Positions 1 to 10,025 of a DNA stretch of 45,797 nucleotides are shown in pieces. The notes beneath the pieces are model-generated. The model had not been told where the DNA came from. It made no database searches and was given only the letters and a program-made list of their open reading frames with translations. The DNA comes from Deinococcaceae bacterium (lineage in GTDB: Bacteria > Deinococcota > Deinococci > Deinococcales > Trueperaceae): positions 1 through 45,797 of the forward strand of contig JBDZWC010000006.1 of NCBI GenBank assembly GCA_040256005.1, read 5' to 3'. Numbering within the stretch: the first letter of the stretch is position 1; each line of letters opens with the position of its first letter. Made by a program: the position numbers and the translations under genes.

Positions 1-1720
1 TGTCGGCGTACCAGCCGCCCTGCGCCACGAGCTCCTTGTGCGTGCCCTGCTCGACGATCCGGCCCTCCTCGAGGACGTAGATGCGGTCGGTCTCCTTCAG
101 CGCGCTCACGCGGTGAGCCACGATGATCGTCGTGCGACCCTTGTGGACCTGCTCGAGCCCCTCGAGGATCGCGGCCTCCGTCTGGGTGTCGACCGCCGAG
201 AGCGCGTCGTCGAAGATCATGACGGGCGCGTCCTTGATGATGGCCCTGGCGATCGCCGTGCGTTGGCGCTGACCGCCCGAGAGCGTCACGCCACGCTCAC
301 CCAGCCGCGTCTCGTAGCCCTCGGGGAACTCCTCGACGTCGCCGGCGAGCTGGGCGATGCGAGCCGCGTCCTCGATGCGGGGCTTCAGCTCCTCCAGAGG
401 CGCCTCCGGGACGCCGTACGCGATGTTCTCGGCGATCGTGTCAGAGAACAGGTACGGCTCCTGCGGCACGAGCCCGATGTAGCGCCTGAGCACCTCGATC
501 GGGTAGCGCCTGGCGTCGATGCCGTCGATGAGGACCTGCCCTTCGGCCGGGTCTATGAGCCTGGCGACCAACCTGGCGATGAGGGTCTTGCCCGAGCCGG
601 TGCGCCCGGTGAGGCCCACCGTCTGGCCCGGCCTGATTTCGAGGCTCACCTTGTCGAGCGCCCTCACGCCGTCGAACGAGACGGAGACGTCCCGCAGCTC
701 GATGTGGCCCTTGATGGACGTGAGCGAGTAGTCCGTGACCTCGGAGTCGGTCACCTCGGCCTTGGCGTCGAGTATCTCGCGGAGGCGACCCCACGAGGTC
801 GTGCCACGCTGGACGATGTTCCCGATCCAACCGAGCGCGATCAGCGGCCATTGGATGCCCTCGAACAGGAACACGAAACTGGAGAACTGGCCGATCGTGA
901 GGTCGCTGCCGATGCCCAGCACGAGCCGACCGCCCACGAGGAGCAGCAGCGAGATCGTGAGCCCGAAGAGGAACTCCATCAGCGGGAACAGCGGGCCGTC
1001 CACTCGGGTGAGGGAGAGGTTGCGCTTGACGAACTCGTCGTTGAGCCGGCCGAACTTCTGCAGCTCGCGGGACTCGATCCCGAAACCCTTGACGACACGG
1101 ATACCGCTGAAGTTCTCCTGAGCCATGGCGGCTATGTCCGAGAACTGCTCCTGCACCTTCTGGTAGCGCTTGTGGATGATGCGCAGGAGAACGTAGAACG
1201 AGATCGTGATGAACGGCACGACGGTGAGCGTCAGTAGGCTCAGCGTGCCGGAGAGCGAGAACATGCGGTAGAGCGTGAAACCGAGCAACAGGGTCGTGTT
1301 GAGGCCCTGCATGAGCCCCACGCCGATGAGCATGCGCACGGCGTTGAGGTCGGCGGTGAGCCGGGCCATGAGGTCGCCGACGCGCGTGTTGTCGTAGTAA
1401 TGGCCGTCGAGCCGGGTGAAGTGCTTGAAGATGTCGTGCCGGATGTCGAACTGCGCTTCCCAGCTGGCGCCGAGGATCAGGCGCCTGACCATCGTCATGG
1501 ACCCGGCCGCGAGGAACGTCACGAGCAGGAGCAGCCCGATCTCGCGTAGCAGGAAGGGCATGGTGACGTTGCCCGTCCCCAGCGCGTCGATCACGCGGCC
1601 GGGGATGAGCGGGGCGAACGTCGAGAGGAACGCGTTGGCCACGACGAGGCCGACGCCGATGATGAGGGCGACCCGGTGACGACGGAGGTATGGGGCTAGG
1701 TCGCGAAAGGTGCTGGTCAC
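1..1720 (-). CDS. ABC exporter, fused permease/ATP-binding protein (MsbA/MdlA-like); 3' end runs off the window
   Basis: Read manually on the minus strand (absent from the ORF track): GTG at 1720 after AGGAG, hydrophobic N-terminal TM region, Walker A GRTGSGKT, signature LSGGQRQR, C-terminal DRIYVLEEGRIVEQGTH. Confidence 0.93.
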   Translation of the reverse strand, partial: MTSTFRDLAPYLRRHRVALIIGVGLVVANAFLSTFAPLIPGRVIDALGTGNVTMPFLLREIGLLLLVTFLAAGSMTMVRRLILGASWEAQFDIRHDIFKHFTRLDGHYYDNTRVGDLMARLTADLNAVRMLIGVGLMQGLNTTLLLGFTLYRMFSLSGTLSLLTLTVVPFITISFYVLLRIIHKRYQKVQEQFSDIAAMAQENFSGIRVVKGFGIESRELQKFGRLNDEFVKRNLSLTRVDGPLFPLMEFLFGLTISLLLLVGGRLVLGIGSDLTIGQFSSFVFLFEGIQWPLIALGWIGNIVQRGTTSWGRLREILDAKAEVTDSEVTDYSLTSIKGHIELRDVSVSFDGVRALDKVSLEIRPGQTVGLTGRTGSGKTLIARLVARLIDPAEGQVLIDGIDARRYPIEVLRRYIGLVPQEPYLFSDTIAENIAYGVPEAPLEELKPRIEDAARIAQLAGDVEEFPEGYETRLGERGVTLSGGQRQRTAIARAIIKDAPVMIFDDALSAVDTQTEAAILEGLEQVHKGRTTIIVAHRVSALKETDRIYVLEEGRIVEQGTHKELVAQGGWYAD

Positions 1721-1845
1721 TTAGCTCCTGTGTTGGATGGTGTCAGGGACGTGCTCGATCATCGCCGAAGGCTACCCGACGCCCCTTCCGTGCGGCGTCC
1801 GCCTCATAGGCGGCCGCCAACATTGCCAGCGGCCACTATAACCGC

Positions 1846-3522
1846 TCAGGGCACGAGCAGTGGGTCGCCGTAGGGCACGTCGCCGAGGAAGAGCTCGAAG
1901 GTCAGCGGGCCTGGATCGGACGTACGGTAGGTGCCCCGCAGGATCTCACCCCCCTGGACGGAGTGCGTCGCCACCAACGTCCTCTCGCCGTCCAGGGTCC
2001 TCACCCACACCCGCGCCTGAGTGCGGCCGATGCCCGGCAGGATCGTCCAGGCGTACTCGAAGTCGCGCGGTTCCGGCGACCTGAGGACGGCTCGGATGCC
2101 CGGGTTCACGAGCGGCACCGGGTGAACGTTCACGACCAGCAACAGGGAGCGATCCTCGGAGGAGACCAGGGGCGGCGGCGACTGCGCCACCACGATGCCG
2201 TCGGGCAGCGCGCGGCTGGACATGCGTTGGACGTCAACCGTCCAGCCCTCGGCATCGGCGACGTCGGCTGCGGCCTGGCGGCTGAGCCCCACGACGTCAG
2301 GGGTACCTCCCGACTCCGCGACCGGCACGCCTGCGCTCACGACCAACCTGAGCGTCGTGTCGGCGACCGGGATGGGGCGGTGCGCGGACGGGGACTGCGT
2401 CAGTACCTCACCGGGGAAGCCGGTGCCGGCGGCCACCTCGTCGACGACGATGCGCCCGGGGTCGATGCCGGCCAGCTCGGCGAGGTCGCGGGCGTCGTCG
2501 ACGCTCAAGCCCACGAGGTCGGGCAGGAACGTCGACTCCTCCGGCGGCCCCAGCGAGACCAGCACGTCGACGGCCTGTCCCGCGCCGACAGTGCCGCCTT
2601 CCTCCACGGACTGCGCCAACACGACCCCGGGCGGGGCCGAGGCTGCCACCCTGGCGGCCTCGCCGAGGACGAGACCGGCTTGCTGCAACGCTGCCGCCAC
2701 CTGCTCTGGGTACGTCAGCCCGATCAGCGGCGGCACCTCGGTCTGCTCGAGCAGACCTGGCGCCAGGGCGTATCCGAGCCGCACGGTGCGTCCCGGCCTG
2801 AGCTCCGCGCCGACGTCCGGATCGACGCTGACGACGCTGCCGGGCGCCGCGTCCGACGGCACCGCCGTGACCTGGACCGCCAGACCCAACCCCGACACGG
2901 TGTCTATCGCCTGCCTCACGTCCGAGCCGAGCACGTTCGGCACCGTGATGGCGCCGTCGACGACATGCTTCTTGAAGGCGGCGTAGGCGACCGGCAGGGT
3001 GACCACGAGCAGCGCTCCGGCGATCAGCCAGCTGAGGGTGCGCGTCGTGACCTTGCTCAGCGGCGGCTCGCGGGTGCCTGAGCGCAGCGGCCTGACGGGC
3101 TTGTCGTCGCGTTCCTCGGCGACGGCGACGGGAGCGGTAGTGCCGTCGAACCCCAGGCCGTAGAGCATGCGCTTGGGACCCCGGCCGCGCACGTCGGCGG
3201 CCGCGGGCGGGTACCCGTGCTCCACCAGGAGCCGGTCGATCGCCGCGTCGTCGACCCTCGGCAAGCCAGGGTCGGGCTTATGCCACGCGACGTAGCGGGC
3301 CCCAGGACGCGATATGACGTCGTGGACGGCCGCCAGCTCGTCCCGCTTGAGCCGCTTGAGCAGTCGCCTGTAGCGCTCGAAGGCCGCTTCCTCGCCCGCC
3401 GGTAGGTCGAACCACTCGACCCTCACGGGGGTGCCGTCAGGGGCGGTCGCGTCGATTAGCGTGCGCCCCCCGCCCAGCTCCCTCTGACCCAGGACCTCGT
3501 ACCTACCGTCGAGCAGCGGCAA
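1846..3522 (-). CDS. Membrane-anchored PASTA-repeat protein with a degenerate kinase-like N-terminus
   Basis: One TM helix (WLIAGALLVVTLPVAYA) followed by four PASTA-type repeats (VPNVLG, VPPLIG, LPDLVG, TPDVVG); N-terminus LLDGRYEVL resembles the start of a Hanks-type kinase. Confidence 0.85.
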   Translation of the reverse strand: MPLLDGRYEVLGQRELGGGRTLIDATAPDGTPVRVEWFDLPAGEEAAFERYRRLLKRLKRDELAAVHDVISRPGARYVAWHKPDPGLPRVDDAAIDRLLVEHGYPPAAADVRGRGPKRMLYGLGFDGTTAPVAVAEERDDKPVRPLRSGTREPPLSKVTTRTLSWLIAGALLVVTLPVAYAAFKKHVVDGAITVPNVLGSDVRQAIDTVSGLGLAVQVTAVPSDAAPGSVVSVDPDVGAELRPGRTVRLGYALAPGLLEQTEVPPLIGLTYPEQVAAALQQAGLVLGEAARVAASAPPGVVLAQSVEEGGTVGAGQAVDVLVSLGPPEESTFLPDLVGLSVDDARDLAELAGIDPGRIVVDEVAAGTGFPGEVLTQSPSAHRPIPVADTTLRLVVSAGVPVAESGGTPDVVGLSRQAAADVADAEGWTVDVQRMSSRALPDGIVVAQSPPPLVSSEDRSLLLVVNVHPVPLVNPGIRAVLRSPEPRDFEYAWTILPGIGRTQARVWVRTLDGERTLVATHSVQGGEILRGTYRTSDPGPLTFELFLGDVPYGDPLLVP

Positions 3523-3593
3523 CCGTCATCCCTCTGACCTCAGGGTAGCCCTTGCGGACGCGAACGGCCGCTGGAGGCAGTTGACGCCTGTGC

Positions 3594-5603
3594 TTAGGCC
3601 CCCGGCTCGCGCGCGGGCCTGGGCTCGATGCCGGTGCCGGTCACGCCGCGACCGGCGCCCTCGCTGCGGCGGGCGCGCTCCTCCTCGGCCACGCGGCGCT
3701 CGCGCTCCTCGGCCTCCTGCAACCGCCTCTCGGCCTCGACGGAGGAGTCGACGACCCAGTCCACGATCTCCTCGACCGCAGCGCCGTCCTGCGCCATCTT
3801 GAACGCCTTGTGCACCAGCTTGCCGTCTATGGTCTCGCGCTTGAGGAGCGCCTGCGCCACCGCCTGGACGGCCACCCAGTTCTCCTCGACGAGCCGGCCG
3901 GTCTCCTCGTAGGCGCCGGCGAGGATCTGCTGCACCTGCTCCTCGAGCTCCCGGGCGGTCTCCTCGCTGAAGTCCTTGCGCCGCGAGATCTCGCCGCCCA
4001 GGAAGATGGGCCCTTGGTCGGAGCCCCAGGCGACGAACTCGCTGTCGCCCATGCCCATGTCGAGGACCATCTGCTTGGCCAGGTCGGTAGCCTGCTTGAG
4101 GTCGTTGCTGGCGCCCGACGAGATGGTGCCCGTGACCCGCTTCTCCGCGACCCGACCCGCGAACGCCACCACGAGCTGCGAGCGGTAGCGGTCCACGTCG
4201 TAGAACATGTCCTCCTTGGCGAGCGGCGCCATGAAGCCGCCCGCTCCGCCTCGCGGCATGATCGTCACCTTGCGGATCTCGCCCAGGACCGGCTTGGCGG
4301 CGTACGCGACGGCGTGGCCGGCCTCGTGGTACGCGAGGATCTTGCGCTCCTCCTCGCTGGGCACCAGGCTGCCGCGGCGCAGGCCCAGGGTGATGCGGTC
4401 AAGGGCCTCGTTGAAGTCGTTCCAGCTGATGATCTGCTTGTTGCTGCGCGCCGCGATGAGCGCCGCCTCGTTCGTCAGGTTCTCGAGATCGGCCCCCGAG
4501 AACATGGGCGTGGCCTCGGCCAGGCGCCTGAGGCTCACCTCCTCGGCGACGGGCTTGTTGCGCACGTGGACCTTGAGGATCTCCTCGCGCTCGCGCTGCG
4601 TGGGCAGCCCGATCGTCACCTGCCTGTCGAAGCGGCCGGGCCTCAGCAGGGCGGGGTCCAGGATGTCGGGCCGGTTGGTGGCGGCGATGATGATCACCGA
4701 GGTGTCCTTCTCGAAGCCGTCCATCTCGGAGAGGATCTGGTTGAGGGTCTGCTCGCGCTCGTCGTGACCACCGCCGATGCCGGCGCCGCGGCGCCGACCG
4801 ATGGAGTCGAGCTCGTCTATGAAGATGATGGCGGGGGCAGCCTTGCGGGCCTCCTCGAAGAGGCTGCGCACGCGGCTGGCGCCCACACCCACGAACATCT
4901 CCATGAACTCGGAGGCGCTCACCGTCAGGAACGGCACGCCGGCCTCGCCGGCGACGGCGCGCGCCAGGAGCGTCTTACCGGTGCCCGGAGGGCCCACGAG
5001 CAGGACGCCCTTGGGGATCTCGGCGCCGATGCGGAGGTACTTCTGCGGGTTCTTGAGGAAGTCGACGACCTCCACCAGCTCCTGCTTCGCCTCCTTGTGG
5101 CCGGCGACGTCGTTGAAGGTGGTGGAGACCTTGTTCTCGCGCCCGAACGTCTTGGCGCGCGATTGGCCGAACTGCATGACCTGGTTGGGCCCGCCCTGGG
5201 CGCGCATGAAGATGAACCAGAAGAAGCCGATAAGGATCGCGATGGGCAGGATGGACCCGATCAGGATGCTGATCCACTGCGGAGGGTTGCGGATCGCGAC
5301 CTCGGGCACGCTCGTCCTGAGGTCCTGCAGCAAGGTGTCGGTGAGGATCGCGGTCGTGCGGAAGGAGCGGATGGCCTGCGGTTGGCCGTCGACCGTCACC
5401 TGGGTCTCGGCCGAGAGCTCGCCCGAGATGTTGCCAGTGTTGCGGTCGATCGTGACGCTGGCGACCCGGCCGTCCTCGACCAGGTCGGTGAAGGTCGAGT
5501 ACGTGATCTCGCGGCTGCCGCCGCCGGCGTTGAACTGGTTGAACACGAAGATGCCGAGGATGAGCAGCATCACTAGCAACCAGGGGTTGAAGGATCGTTT
5601 CAA
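3594..5603 (-). CDS. ftsH: ATP-dependent zinc metalloprotease FtsH
   Basis: Two N-terminal TM helices, [37 protein letters not shown], zinc motif HEAGH; TTG start after GGAGG. Confidence 0.98.
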   Translation of the reverse strand: MKRSFNPWLLVMLLILGIFVFNQFNAGGGSREITYSTFTDLVEDGRVASVTIDRNTGNISGELSAETQVTVDGQPQAIRSFRTTAILTDTLLQDLRTSVPEVAIRNPPQWISILIGSILPIAILIGFFWFIFMRAQGGPNQVMQFGQSRAKTFGRENKVSTTFNDVAGHKEAKQELVEVVDFLKNPQKYLRIGAEIPKGVLLVGPPGTGKTLLARAVAGEAGVPFLTVSASEFMEMFVGVGASRVRSLFEEARKAAPAIIFIDELDSIGRRRGAGIGGGHDEREQTLNQILSEMDGFEKDTSVIIIAATNRPDILDPALLRPGRFDRQVTIGLPTQREREEILKVHVRNKPVAEEVSLRRLAEATPMFSGADLENLTNEAALIAARSNKQIISWNDFNEALDRITLGLRRGSLVPSEEERKILAYHEAGHAVAYAAKPVLGEIRKVTIMPRGGAGGFMAPLAKEDMFYDVDRYRSQLVVAFAGRVAEKRVTGTISSGASNDLKQATDLAKQMVLDMGMGDSEFVAWGSDQGPIFLGGEISRRKDFSEETARELEEQVQQILAGAYEETGRLVEENWVAVQAVAQALLKRETIDGKLVHKAFKMAQDGAAVEEIVDWVVDSSVEAERRLQEAEERERRVAEEERARRSEGAGRGVTGTGIEPRPAREPGA

Positions 5604-5780
5604 GACCTAGCCTCCGGCGTCCCGGCTCGGGAGAGATCCGGGGGCGGGCGCGGGTGAGGACTGACCTCCCCCACGCTTAGAGTGATGCCCAAGGTACCAC
5701 CAAGATATGAAAGGGCGCTGTAAGGGACGTTCATTGCACGTCAACGAGCGGCCCGTTCCGTGACGGCGGGGAGCCGTCGC

Positions 5781-7034
5781 TCAGTCGAAGGCGTAGCCCT
5801 TCGGCACCGTGACGAGGCCGCTGGGTAGGACTGTGAAGCCGCGCGCTCTGTCCTCGGCCAGGTCAACGCCGATCTGGGTGCCTGGCGGCACCTTCACGTT
5901 CTTGTCGATGATCGCGTTGCGGATCACGCAGTGCCTGCCGATCTCGACGTTGTCGAAGATGACGCTGCGCTCTATGGAGGCCCAGGAGTTCACGCGCACA
6001 CGACGGAAGAGCACCGACTCGCGCACCGTCGCGCCCGAGACGATGACGCCACCCGCCAGCAGCGAGTTGAACGCCTGCCCCCGCCGGCCCTCTTCCTCGT
6101 GCACGAACTTCGCCGGCGGCGAGTACTCGGCCGAGGTTCGCAGCGGCCACTCCTCGTTGAAGAGGTCGAACTCCGGCTCCACAGCCACGAGGTCCATGTT
6201 CGCCTCCCAGTAGCTGTCCAGCGTCCCGACGTCCCGCCAGTACGTGTTCGGCCCCTGCTGGCCGGGGATGGGGTTGCGCGCGAAGTCGTAGGCGAAGAGC
6301 CGCTTGCCCTCGTTCAGAGCCCGCGGCAGCACGTCCTTGCCGAAGTCGTGGTCGGACGTCTGCAGCATGGCGTCCTCGCCCAGCAGCTCGATGAGCGTGG
6401 GGACGCTGAAGATGTAGTTCCCCATGCTGGCCAGGCAGTGCGTCTCGCGGCCCGGGATCGGCTTCGGCTCGGCCGGCTTCTCCTGGAACTCGCTTATGCG
6501 CCAGTCGCTCTCGACCTGCAGCACGCCGAAGCGGTTCCCGTCTTGCAGCGGCGTGGGGTAGGCGGCGATCGTGACGTCGGCCCCGTTCTCGAGGTGGTAC
6601 TGCACCATGTGGGCGATGTCCATCTTGTAGATGTGGTCGCCGGAGAAGATCGCGACGTAGTCGGCCGCCGAGTTCTCGACCAGGTGGAGGTTCTGGTAGA
6701 TGGCATCGGCGGTGCCCCGGTACCATTCGGCGCCCAGCTCTTCGTAGAGGTACATCTGAGCGGGCGCCAGCGTGATGAAGTGGTCGGAGAGGAACGCGCC
6801 GAAGCGCCAGTTCCGCTGGATGTGCTCGGTCAGGGATTGGGCCTTGAACTGGGTTAGGACGTACATCCCGTAGATGCGGGAGTTGATCATGTTGTTCAGC
6901 GCGAAGTCGATGATGCGGTACTTGCTGCCGAACGGGACGGCCGGCTTGGTGCGCTTCCACGTCAGCGGATGGAGGCGAGAACCTTTCCCGCCCGCCAGCA
7001 CCATGCCGATGACCTTGGTCGACCGTCCCAACAT
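5781..7034 (-). CDS. glgC: Glucose-1-phosphate adenylyltransferase
   Basis: [46 protein letters not shown]; start trimmed to ATG 7034. Confidence 0.97.
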   Translation of the reverse strand: MLGRSTKVIGMVLAGGKGSRLHPLTWKRTKPAVPFGSKYRIIDFALNNMINSRIYGMYVLTQFKAQSLTEHIQRNWRFGAFLSDHFITLAPAQMYLYEELGAEWYRGTADAIYQNLHLVENSAADYVAIFSGDHIYKMDIAHMVQYHLENGADVTIAAYPTPLQDGNRFGVLQVESDWRISEFQEKPAEPKPIPGRETHCLASMGNYIFSVPTLIELLGEDAMLQTSDHDFGKDVLPRALNEGKRLFAYDFARNPIPGQQGPNTYWRDVGTLDSYWEANMDLVAVEPEFDLFNEEWPLRTSAEYSPPAKFVHEEEGRRGQAFNSLLAGGVIVSGATVRESVLFRRVRVNSWASIERSVIFDNVEIGRHCVIRNAIIDKNVKVPPGTQIGVDLAEDRARGFTVLPSGLVTVPKGYAFD

Positions 7035-7108
7035 TCGTGTGCCGGCATGATAGCCCGGCCCCATGTGAGCCGCTTTCGACGCGGAAGCGCACCTGGACGG
7101 AAGGAACG

Positions 7109-8209
7109 ATGACGAGAGAGCACACGCCGACAGGTCGCCAAGAGGGTGACGAGGCCCCTGTGGCCGCGCACAGCGCCAGGCTGCCGAACGTCCTCGACGC
7201 GCCGCTGAGCGACATGCCACTGCCTCCGGGCGAGCCCGGCTACCGGCGCGACCAGCTGCTCGGCTGGCTGTACGCCAAGAGCAGCAGCGACTTCGGACTC
7301 ATGACGAACCTCCCGCCGGCGATGCGGGCCTGGCTGCGGGAGCGGTACGTGGCCGACCCGTTCACGGCCACCCGGCGCTTCCCCTCGCGCGACGGTTCGG
7401 TGCGCTACCTGTTCACGCTCCGTGACGGCAAACAGACGGAGGCCGTGTACATGCCGTACGCGGGCAGGAGCACCGTGTGCGTGTCCTCGATGGTTGGCTG
7501 CCCCGCGGGGTGCGCGTTCTGCGCGACCGGTGCGCTGGGCTTCGGCCGGAACCTATCGCGCGGCGAGATCGTGGGCCAGCTGCTGGCCGTCGCGCGCCAT
7601 GAGAAGGTCGCGGCCAGGGAGTTGCGCAACGTAGTGCTAATGGGCATGGGCGAGGCGCTTCTGAACTACGACGAGGCGCTCGCCGCCATACGGACGCTGC
7701 TCGACCCCAGGGCACTGGACATGTCGGCGCGGCGCATCACGCTGTCGACGGTAGGGCTCCCGTCGCGCATGCGGAAGCTGGCCGACGAGGGGCTCCCGTT
7801 GGTCCTCGCGGTGAGCCTCCACGCGCCGGACGACGAGACGCGCCGCCGGATCATCCCCACCGCCCTGGCGAACCCGGTGGCCGAGATCGTGGACGCCATG
7901 CGCTACTGGCAGGAGCGGGTGGGCCGTCGAGTCAGCATCGAGTACACGCTGCTGGCGGGGGTCAACGACTCGAACTCGCAGGCCGCGGAGTTGGCTCGCG
8001 TGCTGCGGGACGTGCAGGTCCACGTCAACCTCATCCCGTTCAACCCGTGGCACGGGTCGGGGTTCGAACAGACCTCGCGCGCCCGTACCGAGGCGTTCAA
8101 GGCCAAGCTTCATGAGAAAGGGATGTCGGTCTCCGTGCGCTTCAGCCGCGGTAGGGACGCCGGCGGGGCCTGCGGCCAACTGGCCCTCAAGCGCGGCGCG
8201 GCGGCTTGA
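7109..8209 (+). CDS. rlmN: 23S rRNA m2A2503 / tRNA m2A37 radical-SAM methyltransferase RlmN
   Basis: [18 protein letters not shown] (CxxxCxxC), MGMGE, SLHAP, NLIPFN, ACGQL; ATG 7109 after GGAAGG. Confidence 0.95.
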   Translation: MTREHTPTGRQEGDEAPVAAHSARLPNVLDAPLSDMPLPPGEPGYRRDQLLGWLYAKSSSDFGLMTNLPPAMRAWLRERYVADPFTATRRFPSRDGSVRYLFTLRDGKQTEAVYMPYAGRSTVCVSSMVGCPAGCAFCATGALGFGRNLSRGEIVGQLLAVARHEKVAARELRNVVLMGMGEALLNYDEALAAIRTLLDPRALDMSARRITLSTVGLPSRMRKLADEGLPLVLAVSLHAPDDETRRRIIPTALANPVAEIVDAMRYWQERVGRRVSIEYTLLAGVNDSNSQAAELARVLRDVQVHVNLIPFNPWHGSGFEQTSRARTEAFKAKLHEKGMSVSVRFSRGRDAGGACGQLALKRGAAA

Positions 8210-8270
8210 GCGGCGACCTGTCGACACCGGGTTTTCATCGTCATAGACGGCTCATTCGCCACCATGGCAC

Positions 8271-8313
8271 CGTGCCGGATTTCACAGGTCGGCGCCTGGC
8301 GTGCGGATAGACT
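8271..8313 (+). promoter_or_regulatory. Candidate CRP-family site (cGTGc-N6-TCACA, 8271-8286) plus -10 TAGACT (8308-8313) upstream of the TPR gene
   Basis: 8/10 match to TGTGA-N6-TCACA, centred -41.5 from the start site implied by the -10 box. Confidence 0.45.
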
Positions 8314-8381
8314 TGCCGCCGAGACTTAGCGTTCGATGCGCCTTTCATAACGCGCTCACGCGCTCTTCTACGGAGGCAGGC

Positions 8382-9914
8382 ATGTTCATCGGTAAGTGCA
8401 AGCGGACCGCCGCAATGGCACTGACGGTCGCGGCGACGCTCATGCTGGCGACCGCCTCGGCGCAGTCGAACGTCGACCAGCTGCGCGCCGAGGTTCAGGC
8501 CAACCCCGGCAGCGTGCTGGCATGGGTGGCCCTTGGCAACGCCCTCTACGAGGGCGCGCAGTACGACGCCGCCAAGGACTCGTTCCTCGAAGCCATCGCG
8601 CTCGACTACCGGTCCGGCGACGCGCACTACGGCCTGGGCCTCTCCGAGTTCGCTCGCGGCGACTACCAAGCCGCGCTCTTCGAGTTCACCGAGGTCACCA
8701 GGCTTCACCCCGACAGGTTCGACGGCCACTTCAACAGGGGCGTCACCCTGGCACGGCTGCGCCGTCCGCAGGACGCCGCCGTCGCGTTCCGGGAGGCGCT
8801 CGCCCAGGCGGACCCGGAAGCCTCCAACGACGACAAGGTGCAGGCCCACATCGCCCTGGCCGGGCAGCTGGAGCTGGCCGGTGACTACGCGGGCGCGGCC
8901 GAGGCCTACGCCGCCGCCCTCGGGTTCGACCCCGAGAACGCCGACTACATCCTCCGCCGCGGGCAGGCGCTTCACAACGCCGGTCAGGGCCTCGTCGCCC
9001 TGCCGGAGCTCACCGAGCTCGAGACCCGCAGCGGCGACTACCGCGTCAGCGCTCTCGTCGCCGACATCTACGTCTCGCAGGGCCAGATCGACTACGCGAT
9101 GTGGTCGCTGGAGCGGGCGCTAGAGAAGGCGCGGACCGCCGGTGACAAGCCGGCCGAGGCGAGCACCCTCATCAAGCTCGGCACGCTGCAACGCAGCCTG
9201 GGACGCGAGTCGGACGCCGCCGAGTCCTACCGGCTGGCGGCCGAGGCCGACCCGAGCTCGTGGGAGGCGCAGTACAACCTCGGCGTCACCTACCTCGAAA
9301 GCGGCCAGCCGCAGCAGGCCGTGCAGGCCCTCGACAGGGCCAGGCAGCAGGGCGGGGCAGACCGGCCCGAGGTGGCCCTGGCGCTGGCTACCACCCACGA
9401 CCAACTGGGCAACCCGGGCGAAGCCCTCACCTACGCGGAGCGCGCGGTGAGCGGCCTGAGCGATGCCGAGCAGGTCGCATCGGCCCGGTTCATCGCCGGT
9501 CGTTCGCACTACCGCCTGGGCGACTTCCGCGCCGCGGCCGAGCAGTTCAGGGCCGTTCTCCAGTCACGGCCGGCGGACGCTCAGGCTCAGCTGTGGTCGG
9601 GCCTCGCCGCCTACCAGCAGGGCGACTACGCCGCCGCCGTCTCCAGTTTCGAACGTGCCGTGCAGCTCAACCCGAACAGCGTGGAGGCGCGCGCCAACCT
9701 GGGCGCCGCGTACCTGGCCGCGCAGCGCTACCAGGACGCCGAGAGCGTCTACACGCTCCTCGTCGAGCAGAACGATCGCGACGTCGAGGCGCTCTACAAC
9801 CTGGGCTGGGCGCTCTACTCGCAGAACCGGCGCAGCGCCGCCAGCGACGCCTGGGTCGCGTCCTGCGAGCAAGGCTTCCAGCCGGCCTGCTCGGCGATCA
9901 CGACGTACCTCTGA
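8382..9914 (+). CDS. Exported tetratricopeptide-repeat protein
   Basis: Signal-peptide-like N-terminus ending ASA-QS; many TPR units (AHYGLG, GHFNRG, AQYNLG, ARANLG, ALYNLG); GGAGG before ATG 8382. Confidence 0.9.
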   Translation: MFIGKCKRTAAMALTVAATLMLATASAQSNVDQLRAEVQANPGSVLAWVALGNALYEGAQYDAAKDSFLEAIALDYRSGDAHYGLGLSEFARGDYQAALFEFTEVTRLHPDRFDGHFNRGVTLARLRRPQDAAVAFREALAQADPEASNDDKVQAHIALAGQLELAGDYAGAAEAYAAALGFDPENADYILRRGQALHNAGQGLVALPELTELETRSGDYRVSALVADIYVSQGQIDYAMWSLERALEKARTAGDKPAEASTLIKLGTLQRSLGRESDAAESYRLAAEADPSSWEAQYNLGVTYLESGQPQQAVQALDRARQQGGADRPEVALALATTHDQLGNPGEALTYAERAVSGLSDAEQVASARFIAGRSHYRLGDFRAAAEQFRAVLQSRPADAQAQLWSGLAAYQQGDYAAAVSSFERAVQLNPNSVEARANLGAAYLAAQRYQDAESVYTLLVEQNDRDVEALYNLGWALYSQNRRSAASDAWVASCEQGFQPACSAITTYL

Positions 9915-9924
9915 GGATGAGTCA

Positions 9925-9975
9925 TCGGGCGGGGGAGGGTGCGGTGTCGCCCACCCCTGCCCGAGTCTTCACTTT
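9925..9975 (+). terminator. Probable intrinsic terminator after the TPR gene
   Basis: Long GC stem TCGGGCGGGGG...CCCCTGCCCGA followed by GTCTTCACTTT. Confidence 0.55.
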
Positions 9976-10025
9976 CCGTCCGACCCGGGACTTGGCCCAC
10001 GCGACCGGGGTTAACATGGGGGAAC

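Noticed and set aside
38..1237. Long antisense or alternate-frame ORFs in the track (e.g. 38-1237, 3810-5576, 27277-28749, 35434-37611, 38186-39577)
   Set aside because: They shadow well-supported genes and are the expected stop-poor frames of high-GC DNA; no recognisable motifs
5670..5705. CTTAGAGT...GCCCAAG upstream of ftsH as a HAIR (HspR) or CIRCE heat-shock operator
   Set aside because: Half-site sequence and spacing match neither CTTGAGT-N7-ACTCAAG nor TTAGCACTC-N9-GAGTGCTAA
8269..8287. Rex operator (TTGTGAA-N4-TTCACAA) upstream of the TPR gene
   Set aside because: Only the right half matches well (left half 3/7); a CRP-type box at -41.5 fits better
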